Shown here in pieces: positions 17,527-27,500 of a stretch of DNA of 47,245 nucleotides. The notes under the pieces were generated by a model that saw only the letters and a program-made list of their open reading frames with translations, did not search any database and was not told where the DNA came from. Source of the DNA: an uncultured Planctomycetaceae bacterium (GTDB taxonomy: Bacteria > Planctomycetota > Planctomycetia > Planctomycetales > Planctomycetaceae); the NCBI GenBank assembly GCA_964531585.1, contig CAZHET010000001.1:1-47245 (forward strand), written 5' to 3'. Every line of letters begins with the position of its first letter. The first letter of the stretch is position 1. Position numbers and translations under genes: made by a program.

Positions 17527-18864
17527 ATGACCGGCCCACTTCCAGACGAACCGCGTCCGAAGCGGCTGCTGGTCCAGGACAAAGCCCGGCTGGCGGACGT
17601 TGAGCAGAAGCACGAACGAGTCCGCGCGCTGCTGGATGCCGTCCAGGCCGATGCGCTGTTGCTGCAGGATCCGGCCAACATCGCGTGGTTCGCGGCTGGT
17701 GCCGACCTGACTCGCCTTGCATCCGAAAGTTGTCAGACCAGTGCCTTCATCACGCCGGAAGCGAGGTTGTTTGCGACAAATGCCGTTGACTCGGCACAGT
17801 TGTTCGAACGTGAAGCCTTCGGTCTGGGTTTCCAGTTGAAACAGCGAGAATGGTTCCAGCCACACCGCGAACTGATCCGTGATCTGTGCCGCGGACGCAA
17901 AGTTGCCAGCGACCTGCCATGTGCTGAGACGAAATGCGTCAGCGACGAAATCCGCGCAGTCCGCCTGCCCCTGACTTCGCTGGAAGTCGAACGCCTGCGA
18001 CGGCTTTGCCTGGTGGCGACGCATGCCGTTGAAGCGACGGCTCACAATCTGACACGGGGCACAACGGAAGCGAAAGTCGCCGGCGAAGTCAGTCATCGTC
18101 TGGTCAAACGCACGGTGACGGCGGCTCGCATTCAGGTCTGCGCCGACGGGCGGAACGACCGCTACCGGCACTGGACATTTGGCGACGACCGCATCGAATC
18201 GTACGCCACGATTTCCTGTGTCGCCCGTCGCTGGGGCCTGAACGTAGCGGTCTCGCGGACGGCCTGTGTGGGTGAGGTTCCGGACGAGATCTGGCAGGCG
18301 CACCAAAAGGCCGTGCTGATGCTGGCGACGGGAATGTTCTTTTCGCGACAGGGAACGACGCTGGATGAAGTCTGGCAGAAGGTTCGCCGGATCTACGAAA
18401 AATTTGGCCTCGCCAGCGAATGGCAGAAGGCGGATCAGGCTGACGTCGTCGGTTACAGCCTGTGCGAACAGCAACTGCTGCCGGGCAGCACCTACGAACT
18501 GTCGGCACCGAGTGCGATGTTCTGGCATCCTTCGGTGGGGCCGGCACTCACCGGCGACACGGTGCTGGTGGGTCCGGCCGGCATCGAGCGGCTGACAACT
18601 TCGGATACCTGGCCCGAACTGAGTGTCTTTGTCAAGGGGCAGGAAGTGCTGTGTCCTGGCCTGCTGAAGGTGCGGACGGACACTCCGTCTGCAGCGGCCG
18701 ACGATTCCACGACGGAAATGGCGTCGCTGTTTGGTCCCGACATCGCAACTGAAGATTCGTCGCCTCAGTTGGATTCCGTCTGGGAACTCGATGTGCTGCG
18801 ATCTGATCGTTCGGTGTTTGAGGACGAAGATTCACCATACCCGGAAGAGTCCGTGCTGGAATAG
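17527..18864 (+). CDS. M24 (creatinase/prolidase/Xaa-Pro aminopeptidase) fold protein, apparently lacking the metal ligands, with an acidic C-terminal tail
   Basis: The N-terminal creatinase-like region is RVRALLDAVQADALLLQDPANIAWF. The 'pita-bread' region starts at EVERLRRLCLVATHAVEAT. I could not find the H-x-x-G-H...HE or D...D ligand patterns in the expected places. Confidence 0.6.
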   Translation: MTGPLPDEPRPKRLLVQDKARLADVEQKHERVRALLDAVQADALLLQDPANIAWFAAGADLTRLASESCQTSAFITPEARLFATNAVDSAQLFEREAFGLGFQLKQREWFQPHRELIRDLCRGRKVASDLPCAETKCVSDEIRAVRLPLTSLEVERLRRLCLVATHAVEATAHNLTRGTTEAKVAGEVSHRLVKRTVTAARIQVCADGRNDRYRHWTFGDDRIESYATISCVARRWGLNVAVSRTACVGEVPDEIWQAHQKAVLMLATGMFFSRQGTTLDEVWQKVRRIYEKFGLASEWQKADQADVVGYSLCEQQLLPGSTYELSAPSAMFWHPSVGPALTGDTVLVGPAGIERLTTSDTWPELSVFVKGQEVLCPGLLKVRTDTPSAAADDSTTEMASLFGPDIATEDSSPQLDSVWELDVLRSDRSVFEDEDSPYPEESVLE

Positions 18865-18905
18865 AATTCGACGGACAACAACGATTCCCGCTGAGACCAG
18901 CCTGC

Positions 18906-20384
18906 ATGTCAGAAACCCCTGCTCAATCTTCCGCCACGTCGCGCAATGACGACCTGTCTGACAGTAGCCTTGGTGAATTCCGCCTGCTGCGGCGAATCGG
19001 GGCTGGCGGGATGGCTGAAGTTTACCTTGCCGAACAGACCTCACTGGGCCGGTCCGTTGCCGTCAAAGTGCTGATGGCTGATGCGGTGACCGGCAAAAAC
19101 AGTGTGCTGCTGAAACGCTTCGAGCAGGAAGCCCGCGCCGCGGGAGGGCTGAGTCATCCGAATATCGTACAGGTGTATCTGATCGGAAAGCAGGACGGTG
19201 TTCACTACATCGTGCAGGAATACGTTCAGGGACAGAATCTCAGCCAGTGGATCAAACGGTATGGCCCGCCGGAATTTCTGGTCGGGCTGAAGTGGATGGA
19301 GCAGACCGCGGCCGCATTGAAAGCGGCCAGCGATGCCGGCATCGTCCACCGCGATATCAAGCCCGAAAACATCATGGTCACCCGATCCGGCGACGCCAAG
19401 GTTACCGACTTCGGACTGGCTCAGTTGAATCAGCAGTCAGAACAGATGAATCTGACTCAGGCCGGTACGACGATGGGTACGCCGTGGTACATGAGTCCAG
19501 AACAGATACAGGGCGAGAAACTGGATCATCGCAGCGACCAGTATTCGTTTGGTGTGACTTTGTATCACATGTTCGCCGGGCAGCCGCCGTTTCCCGGCCG
19601 CAACTCCGTGGGAGTTGCCGTCAAGCATCTGAAGGAACAGCCGAAGCCGCTGTCCGATTTTCGCCGTGACCTGCCGAAGGCGCTGTGCGACACGATTCAC
19701 CGCATGATGGCGAAGAAGCCGGAAGAACGGTTTCAGACCCCCGATGAACTAATCGCGGCCTTCCGCGCATTGGAAGCCGCGCCGCTGAATACGGAGTTTG
19801 CCGACCTGAGCGGCGTGCGGCGGTGGCTGAAGGACTGGATGCCCGGCCCGAAGGCCCTGCTGACCGGGCTGGCTGCGGCGCTGCTGCTGGGACTGCTGGC
19901 GGGGCGGCAGTTGCTGGTCCCCGTGAAACTGCCGGCTGCAGAGCGAGATCGTTTTCCCAGGGAAGATTCAGCCGAGAAGCAGTTTGCAACGGCTATGCTC
20001 AACCAGCGGAACACAACTGCCTGGCGGGCTGTCTACGAATACTATCCCGGCAGCACAGCCGGTCAGCTCGCGCGGCTGCACTTGGCGCTGCATTATGCCA
20101 CCCAGGCGGCTCCCGACTATGCACGGGCCGAACAGGAACTCAATTCGCTGTATGACTGGGCGTCGGCGATGCGCGAAGAAAACCAGCCGATTCTCATTCT
20201 GACACTCGTTGCTCAGGCGTTTACCGCCCGGCTGCAGGGGAATGAGGCCGAGGAGGAACGCATCATCAATGTGCACCTGCTGCCGTTTGAAGTGGAGGAC
20301 GTTCAGGAAGCCCTCGCGAACGGACCGCGGACTCTTCGCGATTCGGCGACGGCTAATACCCTGAATGGACGATCTGGGGAATAG
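18906..20384 (+). CDS. Membrane-anchored Hanks-type Ser/Thr protein kinase
   Basis: Kinase motifs are present: IGAGGMAEVY, VAVKVL, IVHRDIKPENIMV, DFGLA and WYMSPEQ. A single TM segment (ALLTGLAAALLLGLLAG) is followed by a ~140-aa helical extracytoplasmic tail. Confidence 0.9.
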   Translation: MSETPAQSSATSRNDDLSDSSLGEFRLLRRIGAGGMAEVYLAEQTSLGRSVAVKVLMADAVTGKNSVLLKRFEQEARAAGGLSHPNIVQVYLIGKQDGVHYIVQEYVQGQNLSQWIKRYGPPEFLVGLKWMEQTAAALKAASDAGIVHRDIKPENIMVTRSGDAKVTDFGLAQLNQQSEQMNLTQAGTTMGTPWYMSPEQIQGEKLDHRSDQYSFGVTLYHMFAGQPPFPGRNSVGVAVKHLKEQPKPLSDFRRDLPKALCDTIHRMMAKKPEERFQTPDELIAAFRALEAAPLNTEFADLSGVRRWLKDWMPGPKALLTGLAAALLLGLLAGRQLLVPVKLPAAERDRFPREDSAEKQFATAMLNQRNTTAWRAVYEYYPGSTAGQLARLHLALHYATQAAPDYARAEQELNSLYDWASAMREENQPILILTLVAQAFTARLQGNEAEEERIINVHLLPFEVEDVQEALANGPRTLRDSATANTLNGRSGE

Positions 20385-20795
20385 CCGCCCACTCGTCGCT
20401 TCGCCGCTGCTCCGGACCTTTCGGTTGTCACTTTGCCGTCTGGGCAGCCAGGGCAGGCTGTGCAGACCTGAGCGGTCAGGCAGACGATTTCCTGTGTCGT
20501 CGTTGTTGACGGCGCGTCCGCAGTTCGTCTCGCAAACTTTCGGCTTGCGGGAAATTCCGAATTCCGCGAACCGGCAGAAACTGACGATGTATTAGCGTGC
20601 CAGGCCTCGCAGGGCCGCGGCATCCGTCAGCATTCGTCCGGGAGGGATTCCGGTAATCGCCAGACGCCTGAAGAGGAAATTCGGGCCGACGTCCGGCCAT
20701 TGTCAATTCGGAAACCCCCCGGCCCTGTTCAACGCGCGATGCTTATCGCCGCAATCGCTGTCCGGGCCGACAGTTTCCTCTGAGGTTCCGACTTC

Positions 20796-21824
20796 ATGAC
20801 CTGCCGCCGACCCGGAAAATCCTCGCGCCGCTCCAACGCTCTGGCATTCTGCGTCACCGCGGTCAGCGTGGGACTGCTGTATTGCAGCTTCGACCCGGCT
20901 CCGGCGGGTGAAAACGGGGCGTCGCTGACGCACGAGCAGCAGTCGTCGCCGATGGACTTCGAGATTCCACTGCCGGTTGATATTCCTCGGGCGTCTGACA
21001 GTGAAGCGGTGCCGCTGCCCGGTGATGTTGACTCGTCCGATGTGGTCGCGAGTGAAACCAAAGCTGTCGCGCCGCCCGTCGCATCCGTCCAGGGCAACGT
21101 ACTTAACGACCAGGAGACCATTCGGTTCACCCTGCTGCTTCTGCAGGAAGGTGCGCGGATGCTGGAATCGGTCGACAACTACACGGCCGCATTCCACAAG
21201 CAGGAACGCATTAACGGAGACATGACGGAAGCACAGTCCATTGAGATGAAGGTTCAGCACGCACCGCACTTTGCCGTCTATATGAAATGGCGGAACGGCG
21301 ACAAAGGTCGCCAGGTGCTGTACAGCGACGAATATGAAGACGGCAACATGGTCGTCAAACTTGGTGGCCTGAAGGGGCGCTTCATTCCCGCCGTGAAACT
21401 GAACCCGCTCAGCAGCCAGGCAATGGCGGAATCACGCCACCCGATTACTCAGGCCGGAATTCTTGGCATGCTGCAGGAGATGATCAGTCATCGCCGCAAC
21501 GATCTGAATCATGGCCACGGAGTGAAATGCACACGCCTGCCCAATCAGGAATTTGACCAGCGCGACTGTTACTGCTTTCTGTACGAATACGAATCGCCCG
21601 AGTTTTCCGAGCAATACCGCAAGAGCATTGTGCTGATTGATACTCGTCACAGCATTCCCATGCTGGTTCGCAACTACACGTGGGCGGTGGAATCCGACGG
21701 TCTGACGCCGGAAGAACTCGACGAACTGACTCTGATCGAAAACTATTCGTTCACCGAAATTGACTTCGCCCGCGAACTGGTGGCGACCGACTTCAGCCGC
21801 GACAACCCCAAGTACCGCATGTAG
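20796..21824 (+). CDS. Hypothetical exported or membrane-anchored protein (possibly DUF1571/LolA-like; unverified)
   Basis: There is an N-terminal basic segment followed by a hydrophobic one (RRSNALAFCVTAVSVGLLYC). The ORF is long and uninterrupted with ordinary amino-acid composition. I recognise no catalytic motif. Confidence 0.5.
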   Translation: MTCRRPGKSSRRSNALAFCVTAVSVGLLYCSFDPAPAGENGASLTHEQQSSPMDFEIPLPVDIPRASDSEAVPLPGDVDSSDVVASETKAVAPPVASVQGNVLNDQETIRFTLLLLQEGARMLESVDNYTAAFHKQERINGDMTEAQSIEMKVQHAPHFAVYMKWRNGDKGRQVLYSDEYEDGNMVVKLGGLKGRFIPAVKLNPLSSQAMAESRHPITQAGILGMLQEMISHRRNDLNHGHGVKCTRLPNQEFDQRDCYCFLYEYESPEFSEQYRKSIVLIDTRHSIPMLVRNYTWAVESDGLTPEELDELTLIENYSFTEIDFARELVATDFSRDNPKYRM

Positions 21825-21853
21825 GCAGCAGGCAGGTGTACCACCGGCTGAGT

Positions 21854-22267
21854 TTATTCCTGCAGGAACGCTGTCAGCCGCGGCAGGACCCGGCCTTCAA
21901 CGTCGCGAGTCCAGCATTCCCAGATCACCAGTACTTTCCAGCCGTCGCGGCGCAGGCGGCTGAGATTGCGACGATCACGAGCCGCGTTGCCACTGCGTTT
22001 TTCACGCCAGAAGTCGGCATTCGTCTTCGGTGTGACTCGTCCGAAGCGGCAGTTGTGGCAATGCCAGAAGCATCCATGAACGAAAATGACCTTGCGATGC
22101 CGCGGCAGCACCAGGTCCGGCTTCCCCGGCAGATCTCGACGGTGCAGGCGAAAGCGGAAGCCCATCTGATGCACCAGCGAACGCACCAGCATTTCCGGTT
22201 TCGTGTTTGCGCCGCGGATGCGTGACATATTGAACGACCGCTGGTGCGGCGAATGTACGTCGGTCAC
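21854..22267 (-). CDS. vsr: Very-short-patch repair endonuclease (Vsr)
   Basis: The sequence MTDVHSPHQRSFNMSRIRGANTKPEMLVRSLVHQMGFRFRLHRRDLPGKPDLVLPRHRKVIFVHGCFWHCHNC...DFWREK...RDRRNLSRLRRDGWKVLVIWECW is collinear with E. coli Vsr motifs. Confidence 0.92.
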   Translation of the reverse strand: MTDVHSPHQRSFNMSRIRGANTKPEMLVRSLVHQMGFRFRLHRRDLPGKPDLVLPRHRKVIFVHGCFWHCHNCRFGRVTPKTNADFWREKRSGNAARDRRNLSRLRRDGWKVLVIWECWTRDVEGRVLPRLTAFLQE

Positions 22268-22273
22268 GGTTCA

Positions 22274-23077
22274 TCATCCCTGTTGCACCGCCGCGGACGC
22301 TTTCGACTGACCTTTCGCGATCAGCCCTGCCACGTAGCCGCCTCGAAACCCCGCGTTGATGTTGACAGTCACGACGTTCGACGCACAGCAGGTCAGAATG
22401 GACAGCATCGCCGTGATTCCGTTCAGCGACGCTCCGTAGCCAACCGATGTCGGGACGCCAATGACCGGGCAGGCGACGTGACCGCCGACGACTGACGGCA
22501 GCGCGGCTTCCATTCCCGCGACGACCACCACCGCAGCAAGGTCACTCAGTCGGTGCACGTGCTGCAGCAATCGCTGAGGACCGGCGACGCCGACGTCTTC
22601 GATCAGTTCGCACGGCACGTTCATCCAGTGAAGCGTTTCCAGAGCCTCCTGAGCGACTGGCGCGTCAGTGCTGCCGGCCGTCAGAACGATCACCTGCGGG
22701 ACCTGGTCGGGCTTTGACACGCGCTGTTCCGCGAGCCGGGCCAGTCGGACCGTGCGCGCTGTGGCGTTGTGAACAGCATCCGGAAACAGGGCAAGAATCT
22801 GTGACGCCGCTTCATCCGACACGCGCGTGACCATTCCGGCCTGGCCCGCAGCCGACTGCTGCTGCAGAATTTCCAGAATCAGCGCTGCCGACTTCCCTTC
22901 CCCGTAGATGACCTCGGGAAATCCGCAGCGCGCCTGCCGCCCGAGATCCAGAACGGCACCGTCGATCGTCGCGGTTCGCCAGATTCCCGTCAGGGCCGTC
23001 GCCGCAGCATCGCAGACTGCGGAATCCTGAATGAAACCGGCAAGTGTTGTCTTGATGTAATTGTGGTCGGGAAGCAT
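22274..23077 (-). CDS. larB: LarB (PurE-like; nickel-pincer cofactor biosynthesis, pyridinium-3,5-biscarboxylic acid mononucleotide synthase)
   Basis: The motif FPEVIYGEGKS is followed by a PurE-like core (VIVLTAGSTDAPVAQEA...GVAGPQRL...VVVAGMEAALPSVVGG...PVIGVPTSVGYG). Confidence 0.8.
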   Translation of the reverse strand: MLPDHNYIKTTLAGFIQDSAVCDAAATALTGIWRTATIDGAVLDLGRQARCGFPEVIYGEGKSAALILEILQQQSAAGQAGMVTRVSDEAASQILALFPDAVHNATARTVRLARLAEQRVSKPDQVPQVIVLTAGSTDAPVAQEALETLHWMNVPCELIEDVGVAGPQRLLQHVHRLSDLAAVVVVAGMEAALPSVVGGHVACPVIGVPTSVGYGASLNGITAMLSILTCCASNVVTVNINAGFRGGYVAGLIAKGQSKASAAVQQG

Positions 23078-23296
23078 TGATGCGTCGCTGAATCACCGAA
23101 ATCGTGCGGAGGCCGCGAAGTTATGTCGTTCGGCCACTGTAGGTCGTTCCGCCAGCGACTTCCAGCAGACCGTGTGGAAGCCAGTCCCCGCGCCGGAACT
23201 CGCCTCATGCCATTCGCTGCGATTCGTTGTCGTGTTCGGGTACCCTGCTCGCTTTTACGGAATCCCTTCTGAGTCTTCTGGAGTTTCTGCGAACGG

Positions 23297-24544
23297 ATGT
23301 TGACGGTCTTTCACACAGCCGACTGGCATCTTGGGCAGACGTTTTGCGGATTCGACCGCGACGACGAACACGGCCGCTTTCTCGACTGGCTGCTGGCGGA
23401 GCTGCAGATGCGGCGGCCGGACGCTCTGATTGTGGCCGGTGACGTGTTCGACACGATCAACCCGTCGGCAGCCGCTCAGCGGCGGTTGTATTCGTTTCTC
23501 GCCGCTGCCCATGATGCCGTACCGCAACTGAATATCGTGCTGACCGCCGGGAATCATGACGCCGGTGCGCGTCTGGAAGCGCCGCGCGCGCTGCTCGATT
23601 CGCTGAATATTTCGGTCGTCGGAACGGTCAAACGAGACGACAACGGTGACATCGATCCGCGGAAACTGCTTGTCCCGCTGACCGACGCCGCCGGAAACGT
23701 GAAAGCGATCGTGATGGCCGTGCCGTTTCTGCGGCCGTCCGATGTACCGCTGCTGCCGAGCGCAGACGATGCCTATCCTGACGGCATCCGCGAACTCTAT
23801 CGGATGGTGACTGACGCCGCCGTCGAGATGCGAGACGGCCTCTGTCCTGACGCGGCTCTGCTCGCAATGGGACACTGTCATCTGCAAGGCGGTGACGAAT
23901 CACGTGATTCCGAACGACGGCTGGTCATTGGCGGAGTGGAAGCGGTTTCCGCCGACGCGTTCGATCCACGGATCGCCTACGTCGCGCTCGGGCATCTGCA
24001 CAAGGCTCAGCAGTTTCAAAACGGACGCATTCGGTACAGCGGCAGCCCGATTCCGCTGTCGTTTTCCGAATCCCGATACGCTCATCAGGTGCTGCAGGTG
24101 ACGTTCGAGAACACAGAACTGCGTGCGGTCGAACCGTTGCCGGTTCCTCGTTCGACGCCGTTGCTGCGAGTTCCCGCGGACGGCGCGGCGCTGATCGACG
24201 AAGTGCTCGCGCAGCTTGCAGCGATGGATCTGGACGACGCCGCTCCGCCCGAACAGCATCCATTTCTGGAAGTTCGAGTTCTGGAAGATGGCCCGGATCC
24301 GCTGCGGCGAAAACGCATCGAAGACGCGCTGGAGAACCGTCCGGTGCGTCTGGCGTCGATCAAACTGGAAACTGCGTCTCGGCCGGCGGACGAGAGTTTC
24401 GAGGCGGCTGAAGCTGCTGCTGCGGACCTGCGGACGATCGATCCGGAAGACATCTTCCTCGATGCTTACCGAGAGAAGTACGACAGCGAACCGGATGCCG
24501 CCGTCGTCGCAGCGTTTCGTGAGATTCTGCTCGGAGAATCGTAG
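23297..24544 (+). CDS. sbcD: Exonuclease SbcD (Mre11-like nuclease subunit)
   Basis: Calcineurin-like phosphoesterase motifs are present: FHTADWHLG, VAGDVFD, TAGNHD and GHLH. Confidence 0.9.
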   Translation: MLTVFHTADWHLGQTFCGFDRDDEHGRFLDWLLAELQMRRPDALIVAGDVFDTINPSAAAQRRLYSFLAAAHDAVPQLNIVLTAGNHDAGARLEAPRALLDSLNISVVGTVKRDDNGDIDPRKLLVPLTDAAGNVKAIVMAVPFLRPSDVPLLPSADDAYPDGIRELYRMVTDAAVEMRDGLCPDAALLAMGHCHLQGGDESRDSERRLVIGGVEAVSADAFDPRIAYVALGHLHKAQQFQNGRIRYSGSPIPLSFSESRYAHQVLQVTFENTELRAVEPLPVPRSTPLLRVPADGAALIDEVLAQLAAMDLDDAAPPEQHPFLEVRVLEDGPDPLRRKRIEDALENRPVRLASIKLETASRPADESFEAAEAAAADLRTIDPEDIFLDAYREKYDSEPDAAVVAAFREILLGES

Positions 24545-24547
24545 CTC

Positions 24548-27500
24548 ATGCGAATTCTCCGTATCACCGTTCACAACATCGCATCTCTGGAAGGCACGCA
24601 TTCCGTCGACTTCACTCGTGACCCGCTGCGAAGCGCCGGGCTGTTCGCGATCAGCGGAGCGACCGGAGCGGGCAAAAGCAGTCTGCTGGACGCTTTGTGC
24701 CTGGCGTTGTTCGACGCGACGCCGCGGCTGCAGCAGGTCGGGCGGTTGGCGGAACTGACCGACGGCGAACGACAAAGTGATCCTCGCATGTTGCTGCGAC
24801 GAGGTGCCGGAGAAGGCTTCGCGGAAGTTGCCTTTGTCGGCGTCGATCAGCGGGAATGGACGGCACGCTGGCACGTCTGGCGAAGTCACAAGAGACCGGA
24901 CGGATCGCTGCAGCAGGTCGAAATGACGCTGTTTCGCGGTCACATACCGCCCGGAGGTCCGGGGACGCACGAAGCCAGCGGCAAAAAGACGGAAGTTCGG
25001 GAAGCGATCGTCGAAAAAGTCGGCCTGCGATTCGATCAGTTCACCCGAGCAGTCCTGCTGGCTCAGAACGATTTCGCCCGTTTCCTGACGGCCGACGACA
25101 AACAGCGCGCAGAAATTCTTCAGGCGCTGACAGGAACAGAACGCTTTGAAGCGATTTCGCAGGCGGTTTACAAACGCTGCGATGAAGAACGCCGGGCGAT
25201 GGGTTCTCTCGAAGCAAAACTCGAAGGCAGTCAGCCGCTGACGAATGACGCTCGCGCCGAAGCCGAATCCACGCAGCGTGCCGCCGCCGGCACCGTCGCG
25301 CGTCTCGAAGCTGAATTGAAGCAGCGGCAGGAAGTCGCGAAGTGGTTCACCGAACTCCGCAGGCTGACCGGCGATCTCGCGAAGGCGAACGACGATCTGC
25401 GACTGGCATCGGACACACGCGATGCCGCAGCCGAACGGCGAGCGGACCTGGAACTGACCGAGATCGTTTCTCGCGACGCGCGGCGGCTTCGCGATGTCGA
25501 GCTGAGCATCGAGCGAGATGTGCGGGTCGCGGAAAAGGCGCTGCACGCTGCCGAACAGAAACTGGCAGCGCACACGGAAGCCGCCGCGACCACGGCAGGC
25601 CAGCTGGACGATGCCATCAGGAAACGCGATGAGCTGCGTCAACGGCAGCAGGCCGCGGAACCGTTGCTGAAACGTGCTCGCGATCTGGACACGACGCTGA
25701 AGCTGCGGCACGAACGGCTGGCGCACGCGAACAAGGCCTGCGATGCGGCAGGGAAAGCTGTCACGGAGTGCGGGAAAAAGCTCGAACGGGAATCAGCACG
25801 GCGTCAGCAATGCGTTGATCAACAGCAAAAGCGCGAACGCGACCGCGACAAACTGGCGGACTTCGTTCCCTTCGCGAAGGAATCGGGCAAGTGGCTGCAC
25901 CGCATCGACGACGCTCTCGACGCGAAAGCAGCGGCGGAAAAACTTCGAAAGAAACTTGCGTCAGCGAAAGACCTGCGGAAATCACTCGAACGCGATCTGA
26001 AGAAGCACCGTGATTCCGAACGCGAACTTCAGCAGCTCAGCGAAACCGCCACGCAGACGTTGCACGAAGCGCTGGTCGCGGAGGGTGCGTTCGACGCCGA
26101 TCATCTTGCCGAAGAACGATCGCGGCTGGACGATGCCTGCAATGCACTGACGCGTGTGCAGCAGCAGCTTGCCACTGTTCAGAAGAATCGCGATGAAGCC
26201 GAGTTGCTGCATTCCGAAATTGAGTTACTGCAGTCAAAGCAAACCGACGAACTCACCGAGCTGGCTCGACTGCGTGACACCGACATTCCCGCGGCGCTGG
26301 CCGATGTGGCGGGCGCGAAGAGTGCTCTGCAGTTCCTTCGGGCCGCGATTGACGATTCGGCGAAGGCGCTGCGCACGTCGCTGCATGAAGATCAGCCGTG
26401 TCCCGTTTGCGGGTCGCTCGATCACCCGTACCGCCACGAAGAACCGGACTACCAGACAACGGCCGTCGAAGCCGCAGAACGGAAACTCGCGGAACGGGAA
26501 CAACAACGCGACAGCCGCCAGCGATCGTTCGATCGACTGGAAGTTGCGACAGCGAATCGTGCTGAGCAAATGAAGGAGAAGCTCGCGAAGCGAACTCGCT
26601 TGGTGGAAGAAGTCGCGGACGTTCAGCTCGACGCACCCGATTATCCGCACGTCACGGAAATTCTGACTCTGCATGAAGCCGAACGACAGCCCGCCGTGTT
26701 GCAGCATCTGGCGGTCATCAATTGTTCGCGCGAGGAACTTGACGCGAAGGAACGCGCGTTCCGTGAAGCCGTTAAGCGAACATCGGCGTGCCGCAGGATC
26801 GCCGATGCGGAAAAGGAAAAGCTTGTGAAGCTGCAGGGCGAACTGGCCGTACTGGACAAGTCGTTCAGTGTGGCGGAATCCGAATGTTCCGCTGCACAAA
26901 ATGCATCGCAGCAGGCGGACAAGCGACTCCGTGACGCGATGAATTCGCTGGCCGAGTTGTGGAACGGCGTGCCCGATGCAGGGAACCGCTTCGACGCCGA
27001 CGGGCCGGAGTTTCGAGAGTTGTTTGAATCATCAACCGCGGAGTGCGGCGCGATTCAGACGGAACTATCCGACCTTGCCGCGGAAATTCAGAAGGCAAAC
27101 GCCGCGATCGGGCCGCTGGAAGAGTCGCTCGCCACAGCCGGCACAACGCTCACCGCGTGCAACGCTGACGTGAAAACGGCCACGGATGAGTACAACGCGC
27201 TGGCCACGGAACGAAATCACATCTTCGACGGCCGACCAGCCGACGACGTGGAACGCGAGCTGACAGGCGAGCTGAAAACCGCTGCGGAACTCGTGGAGGC
27301 AATCACGACGGCGAAACACGAAACCGAGAAGCTGCTGGCGGCCTCTCGCGAATCCCGAGCAGCGGCCGGTCGCTTCAATGATGAAAAGGCCCTGGCACTG
27401 CAATCCGCCCGCGACGAAATGCGGGCGTGGCTGACAGCCTTCACGGAACGCACGGCGCGAAGCCTTTCACTGCTGGAACTCGATGCCGTTCTGCTGCGCG

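Noticed and set aside
17461-18528. A 355-aa ORF antisense to the M24-like gene.
   Set aside because: Its composition is R/F/Q-rich and non-protein-like, and it lies opposite a gene with a recognisable fold pattern.
22274-23077. larB without larA, larC or larE nearby, considered as a possible anomaly.
   Set aside because: As far as I know, lar genes are often dispersed. A single larB is not enough evidence of anything unusual.
23900-25726. A 608-aa ORF antisense to sbcD/sbcC.
   Set aside because: It lies opposite strongly supported SbcD/SbcC coding sequence. Its R/Q/F/S-rich composition matches no motif. It is a typical long antisense open frame of GC-rich DNA.
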